Shown: positions 63,149 through 64,000 of the stretch, one piece after another
Numbering within the stretch: the first letter of the stretch is position 1
How the letters are laid out: every line of letters starts with the position of its first letter
NCBI RefSeq assembly: GCF_001194135.2
Contig: NC_068995.1
Location: 40,586,993-40,650,992, forward strand
Source: Octopus bimaculoides
Lineage: Eukaryota
Reading direction: 5' to 3'
Length of the DNA stretch: 64,000 nucleotides
Notes under the pieces: generated by a model
Databases searched by the model: none
The model's input: the letters and a program-made list of their open reading frames with translations, nothing else
What the model was told of the DNA's origin: nothing
Position numbers and translations under genes: made by a program

Positions 63149-63435
63149 NNNNNNNNNNNNNNNNNNNNNNNNNNNNNNNNNNNNNNNNNNNNNNNNNNNN
63201 NNNNNNNNNNNNNNNNNNNNNNNNNNNNNNNNNNNNNNNNNNNNNNNNNNNNNNNNNNNNNNNNNNNNNNNNNNNNNNNNNNNNNNNNNNNNNNNNNNNN
63301 NNNNNNNNNNNNNNNNNNNNNNNNNNNNNNNNNNNNNNNNNNNNNNNNNNNNNNNNNNNNNNNNNNNNNNNNNNNNNNNNNNNNNNNNNNNNNNNNNNNN
63401 NNNNNNNNNNNNNNNNNNNNNNNNNNNNNNNNNNN

Positions 63436-63481
<46 letters not shown>

Positions 63482-63959
63482 GAAGTATATGTGTGTGTGT
63501 ATAACACACGCCCTTACACACACACACACACACACACACACTTATGTTTATACAGGAGCCCATAAACACATACGCCTATGCATACACACACATATACACA
63601 CATATTTATCTTACAAATATTGCCTTATACCGACGAATGCAGGATAGGGATGACTGAATCGCTAGCCTGTGTAGAGCAACCGAAAAAACTATAAAGTTCG
63701 ACAAACACAGCGTTTGTATGTTTAACAGTCTCTATACTTCTCGACAGGGAACATTCACGCTGGTTATGGTTTGACAATGGACACTCGCCGATGGCAAGAG
63801 AGAGGTGGGAGTGTTTCTGTAACCCAGGTGGAATAGATACCGACAAGCGAGTTTTGTTCTTTTCGTCATTGATGTATATTTCTTTCACCGTAAAGTACAT
63901 ATTTACATAAACACAGAGGTGTATGTGTGTGTGTGTGTGTGTGTGCACGTATGCATGTT

Positions 63960-64000
<41 letters not shown>

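Larger units (their letters stand above)
1133..63435. other. 13 assembly gaps (N runs) within this span
   Basis: 1133-1869, 2897-2996, 6729-7116, 10959-11340, 16170-16996, 20275-20374, 22857-22940, 24961-25143, 44922-44931, 48720-48866, 57370-57631, 61547-61646, 63149-63435. Many abut (TA)n. Confidence 0.99.

Overview
AT-rich, microsatellite-saturated eukaryotic genomic DNA from a gapped short-read assembly (13 N-runs, many beside (TA)n). The repeat content and the very high density of tRNA-derived SINEs suggest an octopus or other coleoid cephalopod; this is inference, not database-checked. I found no host protein-coding exon I can support, so the window looks intronic or intergenic. Nearly all ORFs in the track are microsatellite or gap artefacts. 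Recognisable content is decayed mobile DNA. Retroelements: three R4/Dong-clade non-LTR fragments beside (TAA)n, an RTE LINE with a 5' inversion, two Penelope-like (GIY-YIG) remnants, a probable CR1 remnant and about 30 SINE copies. DNA transposons: Tc1, mariner, Merlin, two hAT elements, a Helitron helicase fragment and a complete non-autonomous Helitron. The most interesting signal is at 55.4-57.8 kb, a cluster of type I hammerhead-ribozyme motifs. Two of them lie in a near-perfect inverted repeat with ~390-bp arms, so a transcript from either strand would carry one. Also notable are visible head/tail module swapping among SINEs and a perfect 66-bp palindrome between two R4/Dong fragments. 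Ribozyme folds were paired by eye and none has been shown to be active.
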